Part shown: piece by piece, positions 48,392 to 59,341 of the stretch
How positions within the stretch are numbered: the stretch's first letter is position 1
Layout of the letters: the number at the start of each line of letters is the position of its first letter
NCBI GenBank assembly: GCA_041489255.1
Contig: JBGPQV010000007.1
Location: 1-64,000 of the forward strand
Direction of reading: 5' to 3'
From: Thermoplasmata archaeon
GTDB lineage: Archaea; Thermoplasmatota; Thermoplasmata; RBG-16-68-12; JAFNFQ01
DNA length: 64,000 nt
Translations under genes and position numbers: made by a program
The notes under the pieces: generated by a model
What the model was told of the DNA's origin: nothing
Database searches by the model: none
The model's input: the letters and a program-made list of their open reading frames with translations, nothing else

Positions 48392-50914
48392 TCAGCCCGG
48401 GACATTCCACGAGACCGATGACGGAACGAAAATCCAGTAGCCCTCCCCCGCCATCATCGTGTATGAGTCAGGCACCCGCCGCAGGTAGTACGGCGCCGCC
48501 GTCGCGTCGAAGGCCTCGACGGAGACCGAGGGCATCCCCAGGGCGGCTTTAAGATCCGCAATCGCATAGCTCGCATTCATCGAGGGAAAACCGACCATGT
48601 TCCAGCCGGCATGGAGTTGAATGGTGGTCGTGTCGGGCCTCACGCCTATGACCGTGAGGTCGCATGCGGCCGTGACATTGATCCAGAACCCCATGCCGTT
48701 GTCGAGCCGCAGCAGGCTGTTCGGATTCCTTCCCGGCATGAACACCTTCCATGGGCTGACCGGATCCAACCCAGCATAGTACCGCACGTAGTCGAAGCAG
48801 CCCGCCACCGATGAGAGGACGCTCTCGATGCTCTCGTTGGCGGGAAGGAGAGGGAAGGACAAGAACCGGTGGCCCGGCGTCAGGTGGATGGTGTAGGTGG
48901 TGACGACGCCGATCCTGCTGCACGCGACGTTGTTCGATTCGTCGAGCTCGTAGAACTCGTCGGGCGAGTCGGCGAAGACGCAGATGTCGTACCAGCCGTT
49001 CAGGCCAGTGGTGTCGAACTGGATGGAGGTCATTGTTAATGAGTCGTCATTCACCGTCGAGACGCCGCTGCTCAGCAATGTCCCGCCAAGGCGGGGGTCG
49101 CCAAGGTAGAACGAGACGGTCGCGTTCACCGCCGGGAAGTGGCCGACGTTGTGCACCGCCGCGTCCACGTCGATGGTCTCCCCCGGATTCGGGCGGGGGT
49201 TTGAGAAAATAATATCGTCAGGGGACAGGGTGAGGTCCGGGAGATAGCTCCTGTTGTACGGAGCGAGCTTCGGGTCGCCCATGATCGCGTCCATCCAGCT
49301 CAGGCCTATCTGGGATGCCATCATGTAGCTCTCGGCCAACGTGTATCCCCGGGTGTAGGCGTCGTAGAGGATGTCGGAGTGGGCTATCGCGCTTAGGTAG
49401 GGTTCGTAGACGTAGCCCTTCACACCGGTGACCCCGTCTCTGATGAGGTCCGCGACGAGAGACTGCCCATAACCGGTCCCATACACGAAGCTCCTCGCGC
49501 CGGTGGACACCGCCGTCTCCGCGAGGGAGCCTGGTATCCAGGTGTTGTGCGGTCTGATCTCGATCATCCGAATGTTATCGACGAACGCGGTGCCGTTCGC
49601 TTGGGCGAACACGACCGAGACCCTGAGCTTCATCGCTCCGGGAACCGGTTCGTAGATGACCTGAGGGAAGCCCCGCCATTTCGAGGTCCCCGACACGGCC
49701 GAACCGTTCACCACCGCCAGGACGTTGTCGTAGGAGTCGAGCGCCTTGATCTGGAGGAACAGCCCGCGCCCGGCCACGCCGGTGTAGTTCGCGCTGCCTG
49801 TGAGGAAGTACCTGCTCCCAACCACGGCGGAGAAGTTCTCGGAGACCGCGGTGTAGTTGCCATCGGCGAATGGCCTCTCGATCCTCAGAGACCAGAAGCC
49901 CGATTCGAACACGCTCGAGTTCCTCGACACGCTGGCCGTCCCCGCCGGATCGTCGTAGAACCATCCATCCGGGACGCCGTTCGAGTCCGCGTCACTCTCA
50001 AGGCCTGAGTTCGAATTCATGGCGGTGTACCATGTGCCGTCGTTGCTGCCCCAGCTGGAGTATCCCGCCACGTTGGAGTCGTTCGTGAGGAAAGCGTAGG
50101 TCTCATCCAGCGTAACGTCGAAACCTCTGGCGGTGAGGATGGGGGCGGCGTCCCTCATCCAGTCGTTACCGACCTGGTAGGCGCCTCCATCTTTCCCCGG
50201 ATCGACATCAAGAACGAACTTACCTCGGCGACCGATCGCCTCCGTTGCCTTGTCGACCAGGCCGAGCGCCTCGGGGACGGTGAACGCGGTCAGGCGGGTG
50301 ACTATGTAGAACCCCCACCTCGCGCGGGTGAAAGGCGCGAACTTGTCATAGTATGGGTTATTGAACCATCGGTTGCGGCCGATTTGACTTTCATAAGGAC
50401 CGCCAACGAGTGCCAGCTCTGAGTCCACCGACGATGAGTTCTCCCAAGGAGACCGCCAAGTCCCCAGCGGTACGCCCTTCGTCGTCACGAGGAAGTTGAT
50501 CGCCGTGCTCGGCGGGATGGCGTTCAAGCAGGTCTTGACCTGGTTCGCGAGGGCGGTGAATGTAGCCCCGTCGATTTGTTCGTTAGGGGAGGTCGTGACG
50601 TTGCAGACATGTGCCCAGCTGATGTTTCGCTGAGTTGTGAAGTAGTCCGCGATGGTCATCGAATCTGCCGAGTTCAGGTTGCGGATCACGAGGACATCCG
50701 AGTAGTTCACCAGGGAAGCGTAGCGCTTCGAAGGGACAGCGTCGGTCTGGAAGCCGCCGCCAGCCGTCTCTCTTCCTCCCGATGCGTTCGATTCGCGGCT
50801 GCCCGCACTGCTGGCTGGCGGGGCAGACGCTGAAATCGAGAGAAGAATCGCGAGCGCCAAGATGAGCGCGGAGGCCGCCGACAATGTCGATGAGAAACCG
50901 TCGCGGCTGTGCAT
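48392..50914 (-). CDS. TIGR03790-like secreted protein with carbohydrate-binding-like insert, CARDB and GWN/GYWI C-terminal domain
   Basis: S..IADYF...RNI, TKGVPL, SVDSELAL, VTRL, Y.SWGSND, G.TGVKGYVYEPYL, GYTLAES, GDP. Confidence 0.8.
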   Translation of the reverse strand: MHSRDGFSSTLSAASALILALAILLSISASAPPASSAGSRESNASGGRETAGGGFQTDAVPSKRYASLVNYSDVLVIRNLNSADSMTIADYFTTQRNISWAHVCNVTTSPNEQIDGATFTALANQVKTCLNAIPPSTAINFLVTTKGVPLGTWRSPWENSSSVDSELALVGGPYESQIGRNRWFNNPYYDKFAPFTRARWGFYIVTRLTAFTVPEALGLVDKATEAIGRRGKFVLDVDPGKDGGAYQVGNDWMRDAAPILTARGFDVTLDETYAFLTNDSNVAGYSSWGSNDGTWYTAMNSNSGLESDADSNGVPDGWFYDDPAGTASVSRNSSVFESGFWSLRIERPFADGNYTAVSENFSAVVGSRYFLTGSANYTGVAGRGLFLQIKALDSYDNVLAVVNGSAVSGTSKWRGFPQVIYEPVPGAMKLRVSVVFAQANGTAFVDNIRMIEIRPHNTWIPGSLAETAVSTGARSFVYGTGYGQSLVADLIRDGVTGVKGYVYEPYLSAIAHSDILYDAYTRGYTLAESYMMASQIGLSWMDAIMGDPKLAPYNRSYLPDLTLSPDDIIFSNPRPNPGETIDVDAAVHNVGHFPAVNATVSFYLGDPRLGGTLLSSGVSTVNDDSLTMTSIQFDTTGLNGWYDICVFADSPDEFYELDESNNVACSRIGVVTTYTIHLTPGHRFLSFPLLPANESIESVLSSVAGCFDYVRYYAGLDPVSPWKVFMPGRNPNSLLRLDNGMGFWINVTAACDLTVIGVRPDTTTIQLHAGWNMVGFPSMNASYAIADLKAALGMPSVSVEAFDATAAPYYLRRVPDSYTMMAGEGYWIFVPSSVSWNVPG

Positions 50915-51036
50915 TCGATTTCCTGTGCATTCACGGCAGCGGCATTCATCAACATAATCCTTCTGGCCGTACCCCCACGCCAGAAACCATCATATATCTG
51001 CAAAAGAATGTTCATTCTGGAGGAAGGGGGCAGGGC

Positions 51037-54000
51037 GTGGCCGACGGATTTCCATTGCGAGGGCCAGGAATCTCCAGCACTGTGAAGATTTTTTCTCTAT
51101 CCCTATTGGCCGTGCTGCTTCTCAACATGCCTGCCGTTTGTCGGCCCAATGAACAGACTGACGAGATTCCAATCGTAAGTGATGCTCTGCAGACAGAACC
51201 AGTCGGTCTATCATCGCCCGCGGGATACTTCATAGAGAACCGCGGCCAGGTTGCGGACGGCATCAGGTACTACTCGATTGGCAACCCCGCCATCGCATTC
51301 AGGGATGACGGGATCATGTACTTGCTGAGCGACGTTCGACGAGAAGAGAGCAGGGACGCAGGAGCCCGCGGCATCTCGATTCCTCCCGACCGCCAAGCAG
51401 GTGATCAGTCGACGACCATGTCGCATGCTTATTTCATCCATTTCCGTGGCGCCAATCCCACGAGACCGGTTGCGATGGAGAGACTGTCGTCTCTCAGCAA
51501 CTACTTCCTCGGAAATGATCCGAGCAGGTGGAGGACGAACGTGCCGGAGTTCGGAACGGTGGTCTACCGGATCCTCTATGACGGGATTGACCTCACATAT
51601 TCCTCCGGCGCGGACGGCATCAAGTACGAGTTCGCTGTGCATCCCGGAATCGACCCTGCGGCAATCGAGATCGAAGTCGACGGGCTCGAGTCTCTGTTGC
51701 TCGATGAAGGGACCTTGGTTGCCAGGACCGCCGCAGGGGATGTGCGCGACTCTCCGCCCATATCCTTCGATTCCGCGGGCGCCGAGGTGGATTGCCGCTT
51801 CGCGCTTCATGAGACAGACTCATACGGCTTCGATTGCGGTGACCGTGATGAATCCAAGACGCTGATTATCGACCCGCTGATTTATTCGACGTTCCTCGGC
51901 GGAGGGAATTGGGACGGCGCCAACGCGGTCGCGGTCGATTCCTCCGGGAACGCGTTCGTGACGGGCTGGACCCGCTCTGTCGATTTCCCGATTACGGCGG
52001 GGGCGTTCCGCGTCAACAACAACGGCTGGGAGGATGTCTTCGTGGTCAAGATGAACGACACGGGCAGCGGCCCTCTCTATTCGACCTACCTCGGCGGCAC
52101 CTCCGCGGACATCGGGCTCTCGATCACCGTCGATGCTTCGGGCAAAGCGTATGTCGCGGGCAAGACCATGTCCAGGGATTTCCCCGTGACCCCCGGCGCC
52201 TACGACCAGGGCTTCAACAATCCTGACTACGAATATGATGCCTTCGTGGCGAAGATCGGGGCCGCTGGAAACTCGCTCGTGTATTCCACTTTCCTCGGAG
52301 GCAACCACAGCGACATCGCCAGGTCCATCGTCATCGACGGCAGCGGGAGCGCATTCGTGGCCGGAGAGACCGTGTCGCCGACCTTCCCCGTGACGCCCGG
52401 TGCATACGACAAGTCGTACGACAACGGCGACGCCTTCGTTACCAAGTTCAACCCATCCGGAAGCGCCCTCGTCTACTCGACCTTGCTCGGCGGAAACGAG
52501 TCGGACCACGCGTGCGCCATCAAGATCGACGCCGCAGGCAACTCCTTCGTCGCCGGATGGACGACTTCCCCGAATTTCCCCGTGACCTTGGGCGCATTTC
52601 AGAAGTTTCGGCGGGGGACGGAGGACGCATTCGTGACAAAGCTCAGGGCTGATGGCGCGGCACTTCTCTATTCCACATTCCTCGGAGGAGACGACAACGA
52701 TCGTGCGTGGGGGATTGCGGCAGACTCGGCGGGCAGCGCGTACATCACGGGCGAGACCTATTCGCCCGGCTTTCCCACCACGCGAGGGGCAATCGACAGA
52801 ACATACGATGGGGCCGACGACGTCTTTGTCACGAAGATGAACGCCACGGGCACTGGCCTGATCTATTCGACGTTCTTGGGCGGCACCGGGGGAGAGGTGG
52901 GCTACTCCATCGCGGTGGACGCGCTGGGGAACGCTTATGTGACGGGCGAGACAGGCTCCCCCGAGTTCCCTACGACGCCGTGAGCGTTTGACCGGACACA
53001 CAACGGTCTCCCGGATGTGTTCGTCGTGAATATCACTGCGAACGGGAGCTGGCTCGGCTATTCCACTTTCATCGGCGGCGGCAGCTGGGATTGCGGGTTC
53101 GGCATCACGCTGGACGAATCGCGGCTGACCTATGTCGCAGGTGAGGCATGGTCCGTTGACTTCCCCGTGACTCCCGGCGCTTTCGATTCGAACCTCAGCG
53201 GCTACCGCGAGGGATTTGTCACGAAGCTCGTGACCAGGGCGAACACGCCTCCGGTCATTGTCTCGTTCACGGTGACTCCTCAGCCGCAGGCCGAGGGGAG
53301 CACGGTGACTTTCGATGTCGTAGCGAAAGACGCAGAGGGAGACAAGCTCACGTACGAATTCGATTTTGAGTCCGACGGCGTGTTCGAGAAGCAGGGAAGC
53401 GATGCGAGGGTGACCCATGTCTATGGAGACGACTTCCACGGGACAGCCGCTGTCCGCGTCAGCGACGCGAGCGACAGCGTGAATGCGAACGCACCGGTGA
53501 CGATCACCAATGTGGCACCCGCGATTTCCTTCACCTCAGCACCTTCGGGAGACGAAGCCGACATCCTGAATTTCAGTGTCCACATCACAGATCCGGGCAG
53601 CGACGACATCACGGTGGGATGGTCTGGCTCATGCACCGGCTGGTCGTCGCCGACGGTTTATCCGAACGACCCCGCGAGGTATCCGGACCCGCATCCTAGC
53701 ACCGCGGTCAATCCGCGCGATGTGACCAACGGGCAACGCGTCGTGTGCGGAGACAATGGAGTCTTCACATGGGCGGTGAGAGCGGAGGACGACGACGGAG
53801 GAGTCACGAGGCTCTCCGGACGCTTCACGGTCGCGAACCTGCCGCCTTCGCTCGATGTCACACCGCCTCAGCAAGCGAGCATAGACGAAGGGCAGTCCGT
53901 CTCATTCACCGCCACCGCAACAGACCCGGGCAGCGACGACCTGACGTTCAGCTGGTCGTGGGGGGAGGGCTCGAGCGAGAGCAGGACATGCTTCGACAAC

Positions 54001-55482
54001 GGAATCGGGCCAGATCCTCCGGATAGTCCGAACGGCACTTATCCATTCACCGCCACCGACACCGCCAACCACACCTATGGCGACGACGGGCTCTACAACG
54101 TCATGCTGACGGTGAACGATGACGATGGCGGTTCGACATCGTGGCAGGGGCAGGTCTCGGTTGCCAACATCGCGCCAGAGATCGAACCGTTCGGGCCGTT
54201 CTCTGCTGCCGAGGGGCAGTCATTGTCAATCATCGCCAACTCGACGGATCCCGGAAGCGACGATTTGACGTTCACTTGGACATTCGAGCTCGGCCCGACC
54301 GTCTCCATCACACATTTCAACGACGGAATCGGCCCTGACCCGCCCCAGAGCCCAGGTGGTATCTTCCCATTCGCCGCCGCCTGTCTGGTCAACCACACCT
54401 ACGGCGACAACGGGCTCTTCACACTGACCCTCACAGTCACCGATGACGACGGTGGTTCAGCGACTTGGCAAACGGAAATCGAAGACTTGAATCTCCCGCC
54501 ATCAATAACTCCGTTCGGTCTGTTCGACCTGGACGAGGCGGAACAGATTTCCGTCACCGCACACGCCCTCGACCCCGGCAGCGATGACCTGACCTTCGTC
54601 TGGTCGTTCGAGTTCGGCCCGACCGTCAGCCACATATTCTTCAACGACGGAACGGGACCGGATCCGGCGAAGAGCCCGGGCGGCGTGTTCCCGTTCAGCT
54701 CCGACGACGTTGCGACACATACATACGGAGACAACGGCATGTTCAGAATCTCTCTCACCGTTCAGGACGACGACGGCGGTTCTTCTTCCTATGAGACGCT
54801 GGTGACAGTCCGAAATCTTCCTCCGACCATCTTGGACGCCAAGGTCTTCATGCTCGCGAATGTGACCCTGCGCGTAGCGGGCGAGAAATGGCACGATGTC
54901 ATCCTCGACCTTTATGAGGGTCCCGAGGAGGTCGGCGAAATCCGAGTGGTCAGGTCTCCCGGGAGCCCGAACGACCAGACGGCGACAATCCGTCAGGCCG
55001 AGGTCACTCTCAGCAGGCCGTTCTCTGCGGTCGCCCGTTACACGCCCGACGACGATCCCGTCAACGGTCAGCCGAATGGGGCTGACTCCGCGTGGCTCAT
55101 TATCGATTGGGAGGACGGCGACACCACGGTCTTTCATCATACATTCAACGTTCAGCATACCGATACATACGTCTGGACCGTCAACAACCTCAGTGCCTAC
55201 GCGGTCAATCAGATTGTCCATCTGAAAGCCACGGCCATGGATCCCGGCAGTGACGATCTTTCGTTCCTGTGGGACTCTGGAGACGGGAGGACGTTCGCCG
55301 CCATCTATTACAATGACGGAATCGGACCAGACCGATACCCGAGCCCAGACGTGAATCCGATTACCGCCACCAACGAGGCGATCCTTGTGTACGGTGCCAC
55401 TGGAACGTACGCGATAAGACTGATTGTGACCGACGACGACGGAGGTTCGGTCGACCTCCTCCTGCCGATTTCCATAGGTTGA
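51037..55482 (+). pseudogene. SBBP + PKD-like repeat surface protein interrupted by one in-frame TGA (52981-52983)
   Basis: ORFs 50884..52983 and 53017..55482 share a frame; FPTTP*AFD lies where other repeats read FPVTPGA(Y/F)D. Confidence 0.8.
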
Positions 55483-55570
55483 GAACGACAAGCGGAATTC
55501 TGGCGGGCATTCTCGGGCAGCATGAGGAATAGCGCACCGGGGCTGGGAAACTTCCACCTCCCGCCAAAGA

Positions 55571-55586
55571 TTTAGGTAAGCGGAAA
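55571..55586 (+). promoter_or_regulatory. Possible DtxR/MntR-family operator upstream of ZIP transporter 1
   Basis: TTTAGGTAAGCGGAAA, related to the box at 58288. Confidence 0.35.
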
Positions 55587-55617
55587 TGTCAAATACCCCC
55601 GTTGTCGTCGGTGCGAC

Positions 55618-56382
55618 GTGGCGGATACGGTCACACTGCTTCTGATTGCCGCAGCCGGCATGTCCACGGCCCTCGGTGGCATCTTGATCGTCGCGATTCG
55701 CCGCCTGACGCACCGCATGCACGACACGATTCTGGGCCTCGGCGCCGGCATCATGCTCGGAGTCTCCGTCTTCGATCTCCTCCTCCAGCTGGGCGAGCAC
55801 CGGAGTGAGGACTGGCTCCTCATCGCCGCCGGGATCGTCGGCGGAACGGCAGTGGTCGCCGTCCTAATCGGAGTGTTCCGCAAGATGCCCCTCCCGATGC
55901 CCTTCGTCAAGAACTCCGCGCCCGACACGACGGGAGCCGCGTTCCTGCTCGTCATCGCCCTGATGATCCACAATCTGCCGGAAGGACTGGCCACGGGCAT
56001 AGGCTACGGACACGGTCCGACCACCTTGGGCAACAGCATCGCTGCTTCAATCGCGTTCCAGAACATCCCCGAAGGGCTGCTCGTTGCGGTGGCGGTGCTC
56101 GCCGAGACTGGTTCGAAGCGCGCGGGCTTCAGCTACGCGGTGCTCAGCGGCGCCGTCGAGCCCGTTGCGGGATATGTCGCGTACTTCGCCCTGTCAGTCT
56201 CCCCCGCAACCGTCGGAGTCGTTTCGGGCTTCGCGGCGGGTGCGATGCTCGCAGTCGTCTTCTTCCAGATGATACCGGAGAGTCACAGGCACGGCTACAG
56301 AGTGCCTGCGACTGCAGCTCTCGCAGCCGGGGTCCTGCTGGTCGTGGCGGTGAACCTAGCGCTCGGGCAGATCAGATTATGA
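55618..56382 (+). CDS. ZIP family metal transporter
   Basis: IHNLPEGLATG, FQNIPEG, SGAVEP, FAAGAML, IPESH. Confidence 0.94.
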   Translation: MADTVTLLLIAAAGMSTALGGILIVAIRRLTHRMHDTILGLGAGIMLGVSVFDLLLQLGEHRSEDWLLIAAGIVGGTAVVAVLIGVFRKMPLPMPFVKNSAPDTTGAAFLLVIALMIHNLPEGLATGIGYGHGPTTLGNSIAASIAFQNIPEGLLVAVAVLAETGSKRAGFSYAVLSGAVEPVAGYVAYFALSVSPATVGVVSGFAAGAMLAVVFFQMIPESHRHGYRVPATAALAAGVLLVVAVNLALGQIRL

Positions 56383-56598
56383 GCGTTAGCCACCGACTAT
56401 CTGCGCACTCTTTTGGCCGATCACAGAGAAAGGAGATCAAGTCGGGGAATCTCTGTCTTATGATATTACATAAATGCGACGGTTCAATCTGAAGTCTCAT
56501 GTCGACCTCGGGCGCACGCCTTGGGTCGCCGTCCGCAGGCACGCCAATCACGTCAGGTTGATGAAGAGCGAGTCCCATATGATAATACGGAGTCAAAC

Positions 56599-57039
56599 AT
56601 GTCAATAGACGAGAGCGAGAGCGCATGGGAGCTGATGGGGAAACGGTATATCGTTACCCCGGAGCGACGGGCCTCCGATGCAGGACCGGACGAGGACCAG
56701 CCCTGGCCAAAAGGGATCGCCGAAGACCTCGCGAGCGACAGTAGCCTCATCGCCAGGAACGAGGACCGCATGATATTCGCTGAGAAGCAGAGCGCGGAAA
56801 TATGGCGGAAGCGCATGAACCGTGAGGCGCTCGCCTCGGCGGAGAATTGGGACGTCAGAGAAGTGAGGATAATCAGGAGGGACGGGGCGCTGGCGAAGGC
56901 GATCGAGGAAGCTGGCGTCACACCCATATCATGCGAGGACTACTATGTCCTGGACACGGACTTCCTCGAGCGCGGCCTCGCCCTGGAACTGGTCATGGCG
57001 CTCAGGAAGAGGATCGAGTCCTTGGAGCGATCCGAGTAG
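56599..57039 (+). CDS. Hypothetical protein
   Basis: 146-aa ORF with GGAG before ATG, GC3-rich codons. Confidence 0.65.
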   Translation: MSIDESESAWELMGKRYIVTPERRASDAGPDEDQPWPKGIAEDLASDSSLIARNEDRMIFAEKQSAEIWRKRMNREALASAENWDVREVRIIRRDGALAKAIEEAGVTPISCEDYYVLDTDFLERGLALELVMALRKRIESLERSE

Positions 57040-57072
57040 CGATTTCCCTGAACTAGTCACGCGAAGGGCTCA

Positions 57073-57459
57073 ATGGCGAAGACTAACCTCCCTCTAGAGG
57101 TGATATCGACGCCAGTGTTCTACGTCGTGGACTACTATTCGAAATATGACCGGACGGGAGAGTTCATAGCCATCGTCAAGTCGGACAAGGGCCGCAGACT
57201 GATCCAGGACGTCGAGAAGGAGACGGGAGCGGAGTTCCGCGGGACATACTTCCCGCTCATGGGGTTCAGCGAGTACACCGCCGAGGACTGGCGGGAGCTC
57301 CCGGACTACGGGGCGCTGAGCAAGTTCCGGGATTCGCAGGCGTGGAACAAGGCGCTCCAGGAGTTCAACCAGTTCTACGACAACGCCCACCCGTTCAAGG
57401 CAAGATTATTGGGGTCCATCAGCGACGTTAAGGCGACCGGGCTGCGCGAGACGAAGTAA
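57073..57459 (+). CDS. Hypothetical protein (possible dimeric alpha/beta barrel)
   Basis: 128-aa ORF with strong codon bias. Confidence 0.7.
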   Translation: MAKTNLPLEVISTPVFYVVDYYSKYDRTGEFIAIVKSDKGRRLIQDVEKETGAEFRGTYFPLMGFSEYTAEDWRELPDYGALSKFRDSQAWNKALQEFNQFYDNAHPFKARLLGSISDVKATGLRETK

Positions 57460-57482
57460 GGGTGGAAGACCCCATCACAATC

Positions 57483-58244
57483 TCAGACAGAGAGAAGCAG
57501 TCCAGTGAAGTACATCAGCAGGATGCCAAGGGCGATTCCCGCAAACATGCTCCTCGGGGAGGTCGACAGTCTCAGGAGTTCGACCGCGACGAACAGCAAG
57601 GCACCTCCCGCCACAGAGAAGAAGAGGACGCCCAGGAGTTCTGAGTATGCCAGGGAGCCTATCACGCTCCCTATGATCGTCGGGAACCCCGCGATGAAAC
57701 CCATGGCCAGAGGCTGTCTCAGCCGCATCGGCGTGTCGGACACCGGCCCAGCAATCCCGAGCCCCTCGGTCCCGTTGTGGAGCGCGAACCCGACAACGAG
57801 GGCGGTTGTCAGTGCGAACTGACCCGCCCCATAAGCGGCACCGAGGGCGAGCCCTTCGCCGAAGTTGTGCAGTCCGATTCCTAAGGCCATCATGTAGGCG
57901 GTGAGCAGCTTGGAGTCGCTTCCCGCCAAAGCGGAAGACCCGGGCGAGGTCGGTGCAACGATGCTCCCTCGCCGATGATGGAATAACAATGCGGGACCTA
58001 CGAGCCCCAAGGTCAGACCGATGACGAAAAGGAGCGGACCGACTGGGGACACCTTGGCCATTTCCACGGATTCGCCCGTGACGTCAGCGAAGAGGAACAT
58101 GAGTATTCCGGTGGAAAAGCTGAGGAGCAGGCTTCTCCAATGTGGAGGGAGCCTCCTAAAGAGTGGTATTGGCATGAGCCCCAGGTAGACTGGTACCAAA
58201 CCGGCGAGGATCCCGATCAGGATGGGGTTTGCGATGTCCGCCAT
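57483..58244 (-). CDS. ZIP family metal transporter
   Basis: IGLHNFGEGLALG, FALHNGTEGLGI. Confidence 0.93.
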   Translation of the reverse strand: MADIANPILIGILAGLVPVYLGLMPIPLFRRLPPHWRSLLLSFSTGILMFLFADVTGESVEMAKVSPVGPLLFVIGLTLGLVGPALLFHHRRGSIVAPTSPGSSALAGSDSKLLTAYMMALGIGLHNFGEGLALGAAYGAGQFALTTALVVGFALHNGTEGLGIAGPVSDTPMRLRQPLAMGFIAGFPTIIGSVIGSLAYSELLGVLFFSVAGGALLFVAVELLRLSTSPRSMFAGIALGILLMYFTGLLLSV

Positions 58245-58287
58245 TGAGACAGTTGCTTACTGCATCTGCCTACTTCAAGTCTTGCGG

Positions 58288-58303
58288 TTTAGAGCTACCT
58301 AAT
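58288..58303 (-). promoter_or_regulatory. Possible DtxR/MntR-family operator upstream of ZIP transporter 2
   Basis: ATTAGGTAGCTCTAAA imperfect palindrome ~45 nt before the ATG. Confidence 0.45.
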
Positions 58304-58313
58304 TCTCTGCGCC

Positions 58314-58385
58314 TCAGGATTCTCGAATCCCGTCCACAGCCCGCTCCGCTTCCTTCTTCGGCTCCCTAGCCTCGGATAGCGCCCG
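58314..58385 (-). repeat. Orphan duplicate of the pyrF 3' end
   Basis: Encodes RALSEAREPKKEAERAVDGIRES* vs PyrF RAIYEAKEPRKEAEQVIEGIRVTFRS*; 49/62 nt match (58324-58385 vs 59739-59800). Confidence 0.9.
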
Positions 58386-58471
58386 ACAATCGCGCAGTCC
58401 GCCCCTGCCATGATCGCATCCGAAGCGCATCAGTCGGGCGGCGACATACACTCTCTCCATGATGTGGGATC

Positions 58472-59185
58472 CTCGGACAACTGTGGGACATCCGGGGACA
58501 ATCGCATGAGATCCACGAGCAGTTCGATGCAACTTTCAGAAATCCGTCATGAACCCTCCAACGCTCCGCGCGCAACCCCAAACAATCGGAAGGACTCCCC
58601 CAACGAACCGCGCGGGATTCAAGACAATCGATAGATATCTCCGGATGGCCAAAACCCACTTCCAGACGATTGTCCGGGACTTCCAGACAACCCTCTGGGA
58701 CCTCCAGAAGGATCTCTCGCGGTCCCAGACGACCATTTTGGACCATCAGAGGTCCGAATGGGGGTCCGGACGACCCGAACCACCCGCCAGACGACTCTCT
58801 GATACCTCCAGAGGATCGTTCGGGACCTCCAGAAGACCGTCTGGCGGTCGCGGAGGGCTGAAGGAGGGGGGTTAGAGCCTTCTGACACTTCCAGACGACT
58901 GTCTGGGACTAGCTTCGGACCGTCTGACGGTTCCTCCGGACTTTCTGGCGTTGTCAGAAGACCGTCTGGCGGTTCCAGACGACTGTCTGGGACTCGCCTT
59001 GAATCCGCTGGATAAGGGATTGGATCGGCTGAAGATGCGTTCGCGTGCTCTCGCGGTCCGTCAGGACCCGCTTGATATTGGATTGAGTCGGCTGGAGGTG
59101 TGTCGGAGTGTTCTCAAGGTCCGCGAGGGTCGTCCGGGATTGGACGCGGATCGTCGAGAGGTGGGATCCAATCGGCTGATGGACG
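58472..59185. repeat. Degenerate 21-bp tandem repeat array (~30 units)
   Basis: Units such as tccagacgattgtccgggact, tccagacaaccctctgggacc; ccagacgactgtctgggact occurs twice. Confidence 0.85.
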
Positions 59186-59269
59186 CTCTTCCGTGTCTGT
59201 TGCAATCCTGCACACAGACCGGTCTTGTTCGCGGCGGGAAAGAATCAACAGAGGCTTTCCTCGAATGAA

Positions 59270-59312
59270 GAGGAAAAGAAAAAAATGCCCCCCTTTTGGC
59301 GGGGGGCTTGGG
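59270..59312 (-). terminator. GC hairpin + long T-run terminator
   Basis: Minus strand cccaagccccccgcc-aaaa-ggggggcattttttt, ~30 nt after stop at 59342. Confidence 0.7.
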
Positions 59313-59341
59313 AAACGCGGGTTCGCAACCGCCAATGGACG

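Noticed and set aside
52981-52983. Selenocysteine or genome-wide TGA=Gly recoding
   Set aside because: The position is Gly, not Cys, in sister repeats, and many conserved genes here end at TGA at the expected place
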